This document shows, in pieces, positions 1 through 10,759 of a DNA stretch of 64,000 nt. Each line of letters begins with the position of its first letter. Within the stretch, counting starts at the first letter, position 1. Below the pieces are notes generated by a model, which ran no database searches, had not been told where the DNA came from, and was given only the letters and a program-made list of their open reading frames with translations. The DNA comes from Cyanidioschyzon merolae (taxonomy: Eukaryota): NCBI GenBank assembly GCA_000091205.1, contig AP006499.2; one strand, 5' to 3'. The translations under genes and the position numbers were made by a program.

Positions 1-340
1 GCAATATCCCGAAAAAGATAAAGCCTCGTGCCAGCGACTTTTCCGTCGAAAAGCTTTTCGACTGCTCAAGTTTCCACACCAAGAGTCATGGAACACCTGG
101 TGCCGGATGCATCGAAGCACAAGGCATGCGTTGTCTTCTGGTGTCGGAAATCGCTGGGGCCTGCATACCTGGAAAACGGCCACGGGAGGACTACTCACCA
201 ACGACATTCCTTTAACAGTTCCGCATACAACCCTTAACAGTCCGGTTAGCGCTGATACCTCAGAGCGCACCGACTTGAAGCACGGCTCCAGAACCAAGGC
301 CCAGCGAACGTCCGCCAGCGAAAATGCCCCTGACCGCCGA

Positions 341-367
341 CAAACAAACACACACACACACACACAC
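341..367. repeat. (CA)n microsatellite
   Basis: Direct reading: caaacaaacacacacacacacacacacg. Confidence 0.9.
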
Positions 368-659
368 GAAAGTGTCGTGCTTTCATGGGCAACTGCTGTT
401 GATTGCTGTTTACGGGTTGTGGTTGACGCACACGCGCTCTGTGTCTGGCTCGCAACCCGCTCTTGGACAGAACTCGCTACCACCAGCGACTCCAACTTGT
501 ACACGATCTCGCAAAGTGACGGTCTCCGCTTTCGCGCTTGTCTCTAGAGGAGCACCTGCGCCGAAGCCAGCGTGCACGTCGTCACACTGGTGTGCACGTG
601 ACTGAACCAGGAACTCGCAAAGCTGCGGTTCGTGTTCTGGAGACCCAGTTCACACACCT

Positions 660-3347
660 ATGGACTGGAGACGGACGCTGCGACTCTCAACCTTGACACG
701 AACGCTGCAGAAGCGGCTATCGCTCCGCGGGGCTACCGCCCGGCTGGCCGCGTGCTCAACTGCTGGACCGCTGTCTTCCGTTAGCCTCGACGCTGAGGCC
801 TGGGCGAAACACATTCAACATCAAACGGGGGTCGCTGTGCGCTGCGGCTTCGGTCTGGACTTTGAAACAGGACGGCTGGCTCGACTCGCCACGGGATCGG
901 TCACCGTTCACGCTGGCAGTACGCAAGTCCTCGTGGCGTGCGTTTTGGCCGCACATCGAGCACCAGCAAGCTTCGCCCAGCTCGATGCCCTGTTGCAACA
1001 GCAGCACACTGCGGGGCGGCTCTCGGAGTGGCAACGGACACAGGAGCTTTTGCAGACGTTGCATACGGCACCGTTGTGGGTGGATGTGCGCGAGCGTGCT
1101 TCCGCTCGAGGCCTTATTCCGACCTCCTATCATCGACGAGAAAGTGCTGCAACCGAAAAAGAGGTGATTACAGCTCGCCTCATCGATCGTGCACTACGCC
1201 CGACGCTGCCGCGAGGTTATTGTATAGAAACGCAACTCACTGCCGAAGTGCTCAGTGCCGACGGCCAACTGGACCCCGATACCCTGGCTCTGAATGGCGC
1301 CGCTATCGCGCTTCTCTTGGCCTTTCAGCGCTGCTTTCCGCAGCAGGTCATGCAGGCACAGACTCGACCACGCCTGGTAGCAGCAGTCCGTATCGCTCGA
1401 TTAGCTCAGACGAGCACCGCAGCGGACACGGTCGCTTTTCCTCCGTCCGAGTCGGCATCGATGACGCCTGCTCGCCCTCGCTGGATCATTCAGCCGAGCT
1501 ATGCGGAGCGACTGGCTAGTGACCTCGATTTGGTCTTTGCCGGCACCAGCGATGGCTGTTGTGTCGCACTTGAGGGCGAGGCGAAAGCCGTGCCTCCCGA
1601 AGATATTGCTGAAGCTTGCCGCCTGGCAAGCGCCGCGCTAGAACCCCTGCGACAGCAACAGGAAGCCCTGCTCCAGCAATGTCGACTGGCAGCGTCGATG
1701 CCAGGGGCAGGTGCTGGACCACCTGCCCTCTTCTGGGCGATGCCGCGTCCACAAGTCGTTGCCGAGGCGTTGCGCCACAGCGGCGAGCGTCTGGTATCGA
1801 TCTATGCACATGCTCCGGAAAAGACTGAGCGGGGTATCGCCGTCGCTCAGGAGAGCGCCCAAGCAGTCGCACACCTGCGCCAGCACGCGGCGTCTTTGCG
1901 GTCTGCACCTGCCACAGACGCATCGAGTGTATCGCCTGGTGTCGATGCTGTTGGCCCTGCCGAGGCTGCGCTGGCGGTGCTGGAGGCTTCGCGGGAGGCC
2001 TGGCGACAGGCCCTGCAGCGCCACCAGCACCGTGTCGACGGCAGGCTGCCACGTGAAATGCGTCCCATGGAGGCTCGCGTGCAAGTCCTGCCGTCCGATA
2101 CCTGCCATGGTTCAGCGCTCGTGAGCCGAGGCGAGACGCAGGTGCTCGCTGTAGCGACGCTGGGCTTCCCGTCGCTGGCAAAGCGCCTCGATGCCTACGG
2201 CGGCGGTGCCGACACCAAGCAGTTCTATGTTCATTACCAGTTTCCACCTTACTGCAACAATCAACTGGGTCGTGGGGATGCACTCTACCGGCGTCGTCGC
2301 CGCGAGGTCGGTCACGGTATCCTGGCCGAGCGTGCCGTGCGCTCAGTGCTACCCAGTGACCTCTGGCATGCGGTGCGTCTCGAGGCGGATGTGCTGGCCT
2401 CGGCTGGCTCCAGCTCCATGGCTGCTGCAGCGGCTGGCTCTCTGGCACTCATGGACGCTGGATTACCGCTCGCGGGTCCTGTCGCTGGGGTCAGTATTGG
2501 TGGGATTCTCGCCACCACGTCTGCGGGCTCGAGCGCAACGACGGAAGCGTACCTGCGGTCGCCATTCGCACAGGATGCAGAGCCCTGCGCGGACCTCTTC
2601 CTCGTGGACATACTCGGATTGGAGGACTTTTTCGGCGATTTTGACTGCAAGGTCGCGGGGACAGAGCAGGGGATCACCGCTTTGCAACTGGACGTGAAAC
2701 ATCAAGGTCTCACCTTGGAGCAAGTGGCGCGAGCCCTGGAAGAGGCTCACCGTGTCCACCATGTCCAGCTGGAGAAAGTCCTGCGTGTTGCGCTGCCCGC
2801 TGGAGCAGCGCGTCCTTTCCTGCCGCCCCAGGCACCGCGACGTGGCAGCTGGAATCTGTCTCTGGCGGATCGGGGACGTCTGCTGGGTGCTGGAGGTCAA
2901 CGTGTGCGGGAGCTCGAGCAGCACACCGGTTGCAGTATACAGCTGGAAGACGACGGAAGCATTTCCTTGTGGGCGCCGAACGCGCAAGTTCTGGAGCAGG
3001 CTCTCGAGATTCTGCAGCAGGTAACGCGCATTCCAGCCTGCGGAGACTCGTTCCATGGTCGAGTACTGCAAATCCTGGACTTTGGGGCTGTTATCGAGAT
3101 TCAGCCCAGTCCGAGTTCGTTCCGATTACAGGGCCTTTTGCATCGGTCGGCATTTGCGTCGGCCTTGGAATGGACCAGGGTTCAGGTTGGAGACGCTTTA
3201 GTGGTGCGGGTAACCCAAGTGGACCCACGGACCGGTTCTCTGCGGTTCGCCCAGGTTGCCCCCATGGATGGTAATGGTGTTCCGAACGGCACCAGTACGC
3301 TCGATGAGCGTCGCGATGCAGCATCTTCGGAAATGCCCCGCAACTAG
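660..3347 (+). CDS. Polyribonucleotide nucleotidyltransferase (PNPase), organellar type, with an N-terminal presequence
   Basis: 895 aa single ORF. Two RNase PH-like core domains (ETGRLARLATGSVTVHAGSTQVLVA; GGGADTKQFYVHYQFPPYCNNQLGRGD ... RRREVGHG) are followed by KH-like (GQRVRELEQHTGCSIQLEDDGSISLW) and S1-like (FHGRVLQILDFGAVIEIQP ... VGDALVVRVTQVDPRTGSLR) domains. The N-terminus is Ser/Arg/Leu-rich like a transit peptide. Confidence 0.88.
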   Translation: MDWRRTLRLSTLTRTLQKRLSLRGATARLAACSTAGPLSSVSLDAEAWAKHIQHQTGVAVRCGFGLDFETGRLARLATGSVTVHAGSTQVLVACVLAAHRAPASFAQLDALLQQQHTAGRLSEWQRTQELLQTLHTAPLWVDVRERASARGLIPTSYHRRESAATEKEVITARLIDRALRPTLPRGYCIETQLTAEVLSADGQLDPDTLALNGAAIALLLAFQRCFPQQVMQAQTRPRLVAAVRIARLAQTSTAADTVAFPPSESASMTPARPRWIIQPSYAERLASDLDLVFAGTSDGCCVALEGEAKAVPPEDIAEACRLASAALEPLRQQQEALLQQCRLAASMPGAGAGPPALFWAMPRPQVVAEALRHSGERLVSIYAHAPEKTERGIAVAQESAQAVAHLRQHAASLRSAPATDASSVSPGVDAVGPAEAALAVLEASREAWRQALQRHQHRVDGRLPREMRPMEARVQVLPSDTCHGSALVSRGETQVLAVATLGFPSLAKRLDAYGGGADTKQFYVHYQFPPYCNNQLGRGDALYRRRRREVGHGILAERAVRSVLPSDLWHAVRLEADVLASAGSSSMAAAAAGSLALMDAGLPLAGPVAGVSIGGILATTSAGSSATTEAYLRSPFAQDAEPCADLFLVDILGLEDFFGDFDCKVAGTEQGITALQLDVKHQGLTLEQVARALEEAHRVHHVQLEKVLRVALPAGAARPFLPPQAPRRGSWNLSLADRGRLLGAGGQRVRELEQHTGCSIQLEDDGSISLWAPNAQVLEQALEILQQVTRIPACGDSFHGRVLQILDFGAVIEIQPSPSSFRLQGLLHRSAFASALEWTRVQVGDALVVRVTQVDPRTGSLRFAQVAPMDGNGVPNGTSTLDERRDAASSEMPRN

Positions 3348-4258
3348 CAAGGGACAGACTTGACGCAGCGGCATGACGTGCATCACGAGAAGCTGGACCA
3401 GAATGACGTCGATCGTTCATCCAAATCCCCCAAAACGGTTGATGTCTCTTTCCAGTGATTCAGTAGAAACAAGTCAGTGTCGTTCATGGAACTTGAATAA
3501 ACGAGGGCGCGTCTGCTTGCCTGGACGGCAAGAAGCGCTGTGTCGCTGTTGGACGAGGCGGGCGTAAACCTCGACGGAACGCCAGCGCCTGGACAACCGA
3601 GTTCTTGCAATGCCGAGTCGCTCGCCGTGTTGCTGCCCAACGTTTCCGCGGCAGCTGAAATCTTCTCGCGCATTGAGCCCAGCGTATGCACGCTCCACTG
3701 CTATTTTGTCGACATGTGCTGCCGAACTGGGGCCTCTCGAGTTCGTGGATGCGAATACAGGTGTCCGAAAACGCCACACGAAAGACTCGCGGCTGCTACG
3801 CGCTGCGGAGTCTCGTCTGGCAGTCCACTTGCGTCAAGAGCTGCGCTTCACCGAGCGACGATGCGACGGCTGGTAGGTGCGCACTCGGAACGACCTCCAG
3901 AACCTTCGATGTTTTTCTCCAAACGAGACCATCCGATGTCGTATGCAGCAGGCAAGCACAGCGAGTCTGTTTATTGTTTGCTATCTCGAGTAGAAGCTGG
4001 GCGAGACAGAGGCACGCCAGAGGTACCCGCTTGTTCCCTTGCATGTGTTTGGCGAAAGATCACCTCCTGCATCCCTGCTTGCAGCGTCCAGTAAACCTCA
4101 TGGCCGCCACAACACGCTGAAGAACGTTCAGTACTTGGCGAGATGTAGCAGCAATAGCCTCGGGCGCGCTTCATTCGATGTATCGTGTCGCTTCGAGCAA
4201 ACAAGGACTTTGGTCTTGGTTCGCATGGCGCTGCGCTCTGTTTATGACGGATGTGCTC

Positions 4259-4357
4259 ACCAGAGAGAGAGAGAGAGAGAGAGAGGAACCCCCGCCCTCG
4301 CCCTCGCCCTCGCCCTCGCCCTCGCCTTCGCCCTCGCCTTCGCCCTCGCCCTCGCCC
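4259..4357. repeat. Compound microsatellite: (GA)n followed by (GCCCTC/GCCTTC)n hexamer repeats
   Basis: gagagagagagagagagagagagag followed by about 11 ccctcg/ccttcg units. It lies just 3' of the minus-strand eIF4B-like gene, probably in its 3' UTR. Confidence 0.9.
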
Positions 4358-4488
4358 CCAAAAAAACTACCTGTATACAGCCTGTTGCGGCAGCGTTCGA
4401 ACCCACGACCGTACGACATTTCGGGAGCAACCGCTGTCTTGGGGGCGCTCAGCTTGTGGATATTCTCAGCAGCCGAACGCTGGGTTTC

Positions 4489-4663
4489 TCAGGGCGTGTT
4501 TGCATTCGGGGAGGTCTCCGTCGCCGGTGGAGGCGGTACCCCTCGCCGTACCTGCGACCAGTCCACCTGGGTATCTTTCCCGAAGAAAGACTTGGCACCC
4601 TGACTAGACGGTGCCTTGCGAGGCGCTCGTTCGGAGGCAGGCACTGCACCAGCGTCAGCGTCA

Positions 4664-4696
<33 letters not shown>

Positions 4697-5937
4697 GGCG
4701 ATGGTACGCCTCGTCTGGAAAACTCCACTGCGGATGAATCCCCTGCCGCTGCAGCCATGCCTGCAAAAGGTCTCCGCCGGTGCCTCGACGAGGTGTCGTT
4801 ACTCGCCGAGGCCTTCACAGCGGACGGAGGCAGCCGTCCTCTGCGACTAAAGTCTAACGTTGTCGGCTCCGTGGAGGCGCCCTGCTTCGCCGCGTGCGTC
4901 GTGCTACTCGCTGGCGGCGGGTTCATGTGCGACGGCAGCTCTTGCGGTCGTCCTGGACGGGCGTCACGAGCACTGGGCTCCGTTCGAGTGTCTGCTGGAG
5001 CATCTGCAGGAAGTGTTGCCTCGGAACGCGTGCCCTCCGAGGCTGCCGGTGGCAGTCGACCACGCTTCCCAAAGTCGACCTCCACATCCGAGGGGATGAA
5101 CCCCCTAGAGGGCTGAGGTTCTGATGCTGACGCCTTTGCCTCTGCCGCAGGTGGCAACATGCCACGTTTGCGGAAATCAACGTCTACGTCCTCGACAGGC
5201 GACACCTGCGCACGAGTCGTTACCGCAGGCGGGAGTAGTCCGCGGCGTTCCAACGTTCCTTCGGCTGAGTCTGTCACCAACTGACCGAACATTTCTCGCC
5301 TCCTTTCGGGTTGGCGGCCACCAAAACTACCCAGACCTTTTTCGGCTGTCTCTAGTGCCGCGGGAGGCGCCAGGCCTCGCCGGGTAAAGTCCGGCTCTGG
5401 TGCCGCTTCGGCTTCAAGCGCCGGACCTGCTCCGTTCAAGCCAGCGGCCGCTGCTGGAGCGGGAAACCCCCGCGAGTGATCCGCATTTCGCAGCCAGTCG
5501 CGACCGCCTGCGTCTCCAACTGGGCCTCGAGGCGTCAGACCTCGTCGAGCTGCGCTCCAGTCCAGTTCGGGTTCAGCGTCGGCACCGCGGTTACCAGCAC
5601 CAAACGCTCGATCGGAAGCAGCACCGGCACCCGCGAATCCACTGTCGTCATCGTCGGCCCAGTCACAGGGTGCTTCACCGAAAGCCGATCGCATTCGAGC
5701 TCCGGGACCGCCGAAACGCTCCCAGCGGTCTCCGTAACCTCCGAACGACCCACCATAACGAGCTCCGAACCCTCGTTCGTCATCGGGTCCCCGACTCCGC
5801 GGCGCAGTCGGTAGCACGGCGAGTTCGGGATCCGCCGCTACAATGGGCCCCGACCCGGGCTGCTGACCACTGCCAGCAACAAACTCGCTGAGACTAACGG
5901 TCACCTTGTTCGACTTGCTGCTCTTTTTCTTGCCCAT
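4489..5937 (-). CDS. eIF4B-like translation initiation factor (plant-type, no RRM) with tandem DF-x-RRG-x-LPP-AA repeats
   Basis: The N-terminus MGKKKSSKSNKVTVSLSEFV ... LAVLPTAPRSRGPDDE matches the eIF4B/eIF4H N-terminal box (lysine run, T(I/V)SL(T/S)(D/E)F, SILPTAPRA). It is followed by a Gly/Tyr/Arg DRYG-like segment (RGFGARYGGSFGGYGDRWERFGG). There are about six copies of the (D/E)F(S/T/G)(R/K)RG(L/M/R)(L/A)PP(A/S)A motif, a poly-Ala tract encoded by (CTG)n at 4664-4696, and a Lys-rich start. No RRM motifs were seen. Confidence 0.6.
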
Positions 5938-6599
5938 AGACGTCGCTGAGAAAAACGAAAACGCTCAACAGCAAGCGCCCGACGGTTGCCCGAGGGCCGG
6001 CGTCGTCGACCGCGCCCTGCACTGGACGCACGACAAGTGCCCCGTCTGCTTTTCGGGGCTAGGCAGCCGTTTTCCGCGTGAGTTCCATGGCAAAGTAGGC
6101 ATTGAGAGGCAACAGGTCTTTCAAAACGGGTGTACAGTCTACAAGTTAGATCGCTTTTCATGAAGTTGAACACAAGCGTTTGCGGGTTTTTTTCTGAGAC
6201 GGTTTCTGTTTCAAGTCTTCGAATATCTCTGGCTTTATCTGCGAAGGTGCCTCGTTTCCCTCGAGCTCTGTCGTCAGCGATGGAAAGTTGTTCAAGGCAG
6301 CGTTAAAGTCCCGATTTTGCGCTTTTGGCTGGTGTCGACGCAAACGATGCACTGATGGAAACAGCAATCTATACTGTGCTTGCCATGTTCATGGTGTCTC
6401 CTGACACCCTCGGTGCGCCTTTTGTTCCTGTGACCCTTGCCTGTGATAGGGTGTTCCGGTGTACGTCCACCGGACACCTTGTCCTTCGAGTGCCAGTCTG
6501 TGTTGCTTAAGAGGCAGAAACCGCTGGAAGCGTATCCCGCGAAGGGTAGCAAGCTGCTGTCGAATGCGGTTTCGTTGATGGTCTCGTAGGGAATTGGAT

Positions 6600-7080
6600 T
6601 TGTCTTTCGAGAGGAATCGGCTTTTTTTACGAAAGAGAATTTGCGAATTTTGGGCATGAGCTTGTGAACAAGTCATTCAGGGGCGATTTCGAGTATCTTT
6701 TCTCCTGATCCATCCATCGGCGCGAATCCCTGCGCCCACGAGTCGCCTCGAAACGGAAACATCGGAAGCTTGAAGCGTACCGGCCTCGGACATGCTGCAT
6801 CTAAGCAAAAGGAGAAGAATGGAGGCTTGCACGTATGCGTTGTACAATGGTATCGGTTATTTCACGAAGCCTTGTCCGAGAGCGCCGCGAATCGTCTTGA
6901 TGCTCGCGGCGTGACGAATTCCTTCTGCAAAGCCTCGAATTACTCACCCCGAGACTACAACCACGGATCCTGAGACCATCTCTGAATCCCGACGCACGTA
7001 TTGCCGCACTTTGAATATCGAGGCTGCACATCTAAACCAGTTCGGAAATGACGAGAAAGTCGAGGGCAGAGCGAGCAATC
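6600..7080 (-). repeat. Diverged partial copy of the ORF-bearing dispersed repeat family (blocks B, C and A)
   Basis: Three blocks are shared with the 1.4 kb repeats at 26863-28276 and 39001-40411 and with the copies at about 15230, 22930 and 58690. Block B is gatattcaaagtgcggcaata at 7005-7025 and encodes MCSLDIQSAAI on the minus strand. Block C is atcaagacgattcgcggc ... taa at about 6860-6905 and encodes IKTIRGALGQGFVK*. Block A is gacttgttcacaagctcatgccc as a reverse complement at about 6650-6680 and encodes DLFTSSCPKF. The 5' region (tcgctctgccctcgactttc) is also shared. Confidence 0.7.
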
Positions 7081-7706
7081 CGGTGTTCCACCTCAATGCT
7101 GGACAGGTGCGGACTGAACCCGAGCTCGCATCGAAAGGTATGTATGTGGGACACGATGGACTGTTCACAGCGCGCCTCCTAATACGAGTGCCTCTAGATG
7201 AAATGGATCGTGAACAGGCAGCGAGAAGCGCTCGATTGGCACCTCCGATGTTTCGTTCTTTAGTTTTCATTTGAGACAGGTGCCAGTTCTATGCCGTTCA
7301 GTGCCTTGGTCTCGATGCGCGCTTGAGAGAGCTCTTGGGTCGTGCAGGGCGGCTCCTTCTGCGCAGCGTGTTTGAAAAGGAGACTTTTGTGCAATGCGCT
7401 CGATAGAAGCACTCGTCTATTGATCCGGTATCGCGAATATGGCACAGAAGCACCGCCAAAACGCCCGCAATGGAACCAGGGAGCACTGCAGCATGAATCG
7501 CGGCTGAATAAAAATTGCAGCTGCTTCCGCTTTGGCTGCGTTTGGGTGATGGAAAGCGAGATTGTCCAGGAACAGGACAGAGGAACGTCCAAAGTAGGAG
7601 CCAGGGCGTGCTGCGATGAAGGATGCGCTGGTGAACGATCGCATCCGTCTGGCGCTATCAAAGCGACAAGTTGATTCGGTCGCCGCAAGCGCTGATATTT
7701 TCGGAA

Positions 7707-7736
7707 TGCTTGCTTGCTTGCTTGCTTGCTTGCTTC
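7707..7736. repeat. (GCTT)n microsatellite
   Basis: Direct reading: gcttgcttgcttgcttgcttgcttgctt. Confidence 0.9.
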
Positions 7737-8540
7737 TACCAATCGCTGTTTACCCTTCGTTGAATACTCATATACAGGCCGGCCATATCACTCGAATCCA
7801 TTCGCATCGAGTGAGATGTACACCTGTGCCCCCTGTGGTAAGCGCTTGCGTCTCAGTGCGGAATCGATCGTTTGTTGCTGAACGCACGACGGTCTCCCAC
7901 AGAAATGTGCTCTCTCCCTTGTACGCGCATGTCTCGTTATCGTCATTCGTATCAAGCGTACGGAAACTTCACACCATATGGCTTGTTTCATAGGGTTTCG
8001 CAGCGAACATATGGACTGGAATAGACTGACACGAAGACACTAGTGTAAAATGCGTTTGATGAAAAGCGTTCTCGGTGCACAACGTTCAAAATATGGACTT
8101 GTAGAGAGGCGGTTCATCCACTTGCTGACCACAGATTGACTCACTTGCACATGCAAAGCCGATTTCGCAAGCCAGCAGTGGCTGCAGACACAGTCGGTCT
8201 GCGGTCCCGCACCAATGTACGGCGTACACTCTTTCTGTTGCATACCAGCGAGGAACGCAAACAGAAAAAACAAGTAGGACGTGCTGGCGCAGGCATCGCT
8301 GAATGCACCGCTCTGAGTAGAAGGCGTGCAGTGGATTCCCTGGTATGGTCTCAGAGCGTCCCGAAAATCTCTACTCATCTCCGAAGCGCGGGCCTTCGTT
8401 GCTACACACAGCATTCGGTACAATACAATGTAACAGAATTCGCAGCAGAAGCTGAACAAGTATCGATACGTGCGATAACTCGCTGACGAGCGCAGCAGCG
8501 CTCCAGACGCGCAAGCCTTGCCCAAGTAACTGTCTTATAG

Positions 8541-8580
8541 TCTGCCTGCCTGCCTGCCTGCCTGCCTGACTGACTGACTG
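8541..8580. repeat. (CTGC)n/(CTGA)n microsatellite
   Basis: Direct reading: ctgcctgcctgcctgcctgcctgactgactgactg. Confidence 0.9.
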
Positions 8581-8707
8581 ATTCCCATACCTAGGCGAAT
8601 GCCGGCTACCCAAGCAACGTACAGGCGACGCGGGAACCTGCCCTTAACGAATTCAAAAGCATTCCGGCGAATCGAAGATCCCGGTAGCATCAGCGAGCGC
8701 CGCAATT

Positions 8708-10759
8708 TCACTTGCCACTCCGCAGATGCGATCGGCCCGGACCCTTCCGCTCGTTTGAAGCTATTTTGAAGCCGAATGCGTTCATGGGGCCAGGCACTCG
8801 GAACAGCATCCGCAGCAGCTTAGGCTGTGACTGGGCCATGGAGCGCGCCCAAGCGCGAAAAGCCGTAATGTCGTCCTCTCCGCGGCGTGTAATCCACAGA
8901 CGGAGTTGATCCGCCCGAACAGCATTGTTCTTTGCCAGAGTATTCAGCAAGGTCTGATCGTGCTTCAGTCGCTCATAGAACCAGCTCAAAAGTCGTCTAT
9001 ATGGTTCGTTCGCTGCCTCCCGCGATTTCAGAGTCCCGCATTGCATTGAACCTGGCCGCTGAAACGCCGGCGGGTCCTGAGGTTGTTGCCCCAGCGACTC
9101 GTTCCCCGGTTTCACGCTCTTTTCGTCACAGGAACACGTGCTTATATCCTCGTCCGTGCGTGTGAACAGGTGCAACATAGAGAGGGCTTCGATCGCCTCT
9201 CCGAGGCGCGAGGCTTCGCCGAGCTGGATATCCGCAAAGCCAACATCCCGCGTTTCCATTTCCGCCCAGTCGCGGACGACGAGCTCATCGAGCTTCGTGC
9301 ACCGGGCAAAATACTCGCGAGCCAGTTCGTAGTTGCCGCAGTGGCGTTCAAGCGAGGCCATCGCGTGACAGAGATGACGATCACCGGGCGCAATTTCCAG
9401 ACCCTTCTGAAAGAGCATCCGCGCTTTGTCCAGTCTACCTTGGCGCCATTCCAGTTTCCCGAGCAAGTTGTACGCTGCTGGGGCGGTATGCGGGGACCCA
9501 TTCGACACTTCAATTGCTCGTTCGAAGAGCACGCGTGCCTCGTCAATGCGTCCGCGCTGCTGTTCGAGCATACCCCATGCGTGCAACGTTCGGGCATGAT
9601 TTGGATTCAAGGCAACTGCTCTTTCATAGCAGCAAATTGCTTCATCGTAGCGATGCTCGCGTTGCTCGAGGACACCCCAGGTTTGGTAAAGGCAGGCAAG
9701 CTCCTTGCACGTGGGATTGATTTGCTCTACAGAAGCAACACCCAGTTTGAAAAGCTCTCGGGCGCGCGTCACGCCCAAGCCCAGACTCGCTTCGAAGCGC
9801 ACCCAAGCTTGCCATGTAATCGGATCCCGCCCGTTCACTGCACGGGCGCTCAGCTCGAATAGTCGACGGACGAGCCTTGCTCCGGCACAATTGCTGGGCC
9901 GACGGCTCGAATCGGTCTCTGGACGCTTCTCGTTTTTGTGGAGCGGTACGAGTTTTTTGCTCACGGATGACATACTGCGTCGAAGCTCCTGTTGCTCGAG
10001 GAAACGCACTTCAGCAAGCGCCCAGGCATGGTAAAGCTTGCTAGCAGAGCACCATCGTCCAGCCTCTGCGTCCTTCTCGTTCCAGCCTTCAATATCGGGA
10101 ACAAATTCGGTTCCGATATAGTCTGCGAACGTATGCACCGGCACCGTACCGTTCTCGTCGACGGTGGATTCATTCCATACACCGCCCGCACGAATCAGGC
10201 CCCGTCGAAACACCGCCCGAGCCCGCGCTACGCCGTGCAGACGATGGAACACGCTTGACGCCCAAGTCAGGTCGTCTACCGCAGAGAGTTCCAGCTCTGC
10301 GGTTCCGTCGCGTCGCATGATATCTCCGCCAACAAGTCCGTTCTTCTCGTCGTCCGTGTATATTGTTGGCTCTGCTAGCGCCGCCTCAGCTTCACACTGA
10401 CCGAAACCAACCCATATGCGAGCATCGAAAGGGTGTTGCCAAACGAGCTCTTCGAACAGCTGCCGTGCTGCCTCAAACCGTCGTGTTTCTACATAATAAA
10501 AGGCCGTCCCGAACGTGCGCGGTGCCGGGTACACACAACTCGAGTTACGCCAGAGCCTTGGGCACCTAACTTCGTCCGCGACCTCTTCGCTAACTGTTAG
10601 GGTCGCGACTGCTGAAAACCTCCCGGGAGGCCGTCTAGAGATACCACTGCCTCGCCGCCACGCTCCCGTGCTGAACGCTTTGGGCGTACAGCGCGACACG
10701 GCAGTTACAGAGCAAAACCCCAAGTTTTTCTCTCCTATTATCCCATGAAAACTCGACAT
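8708..10759 (-). CDS. HAT/TPR-like repeat protein with an N-terminal presequence (HCF107/Mbb1-like organellar RNA-maturation factor candidate)
   Basis: 683 aa. It contains several half-a-TPR style repeats with W/Y..W...E spacing (YHAWALAEVRFLEQ; WQAWVRFEASLG; YQTWGVLEQREHRYDEAICCYERAVALNPN; LHAWGMLEQQRGRIDEARVLFERAIE; YNLLGKLEWRQGRLDKARMLFQKGLEIAP; HAMASLERHCGNYELAREYFARC). The N-terminus is Ser/Arg-rich. The specific ortholog assignment is an inference. Confidence 0.55.
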   Translation of the reverse strand: MSSFHGIIGEKNLGFCSVTAVSRCTPKAFSTGAWRRGSGISRRPPGRFSAVATLTVSEEVADEVRCPRLWRNSSCVYPAPRTFGTAFYYVETRRFEAARQLFEELVWQHPFDARIWVGFGQCEAEAALAEPTIYTDDEKNGLVGGDIMRRDGTAELELSAVDDLTWASSVFHRLHGVARARAVFRRGLIRAGGVWNESTVDENGTVPVHTFADYIGTEFVPDIEGWNEKDAEAGRWCSASKLYHAWALAEVRFLEQQELRRSMSSVSKKLVPLHKNEKRPETDSSRRPSNCAGARLVRRLFELSARAVNGRDPITWQAWVRFEASLGLGVTRARELFKLGVASVEQINPTCKELACLYQTWGVLEQREHRYDEAICCYERAVALNPNHARTLHAWGMLEQQRGRIDEARVLFERAIEVSNGSPHTAPAAYNLLGKLEWRQGRLDKARMLFQKGLEIAPGDRHLCHAMASLERHCGNYELAREYFARCTKLDELVVRDWAEMETRDVGFADIQLGEASRLGEAIEALSMLHLFTRTDEDISTCSCDEKSVKPGNESLGQQPQDPPAFQRPGSMQCGTLKSREAANEPYRRLLSWFYERLKHDQTLLNTLAKNNAVRADQLRLWITRRGEDDITAFRAWARSMAQSQPKLLRMLFRVPGPMNAFGFKIASNERKGPGRSHLRSGK

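Noticed and set aside
1516-2448. Long antisense ORFs inside real genes, for example 1516..2448(-) in PNPase, 19395..20048(-) in DHX37, 33601..34386(+) in IPMS, 42164..42859(-) in Tic110 and 12189..12851(-) in Rad9-like
   Set aside because: High GC content suppresses stop codons on the opposite strand. Their translations are Arg/Pro/Ala-rich low-complexity strings with no recognisable motifs, and they fully overlap well-supported genes.
4385-4445. Possible tRNA, from a gttcgaaccc T-loop-like string
   Set aside because: No acceptor, D or anticodon stem pairing could be built around it on either strand, and no A/B box spacing was found.
6890-6935. A 23-nt gtgagt...ttgcag candidate micro-intron in repeat copy 7, proposed to join the B and C coding blocks
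   Set aside because: Removing it does not bring block B into the block C reading frame, and the equivalent sequence is not conserved in the other copies. The true gene structure remains unresolved, so it is mentioned only inside finding 1.
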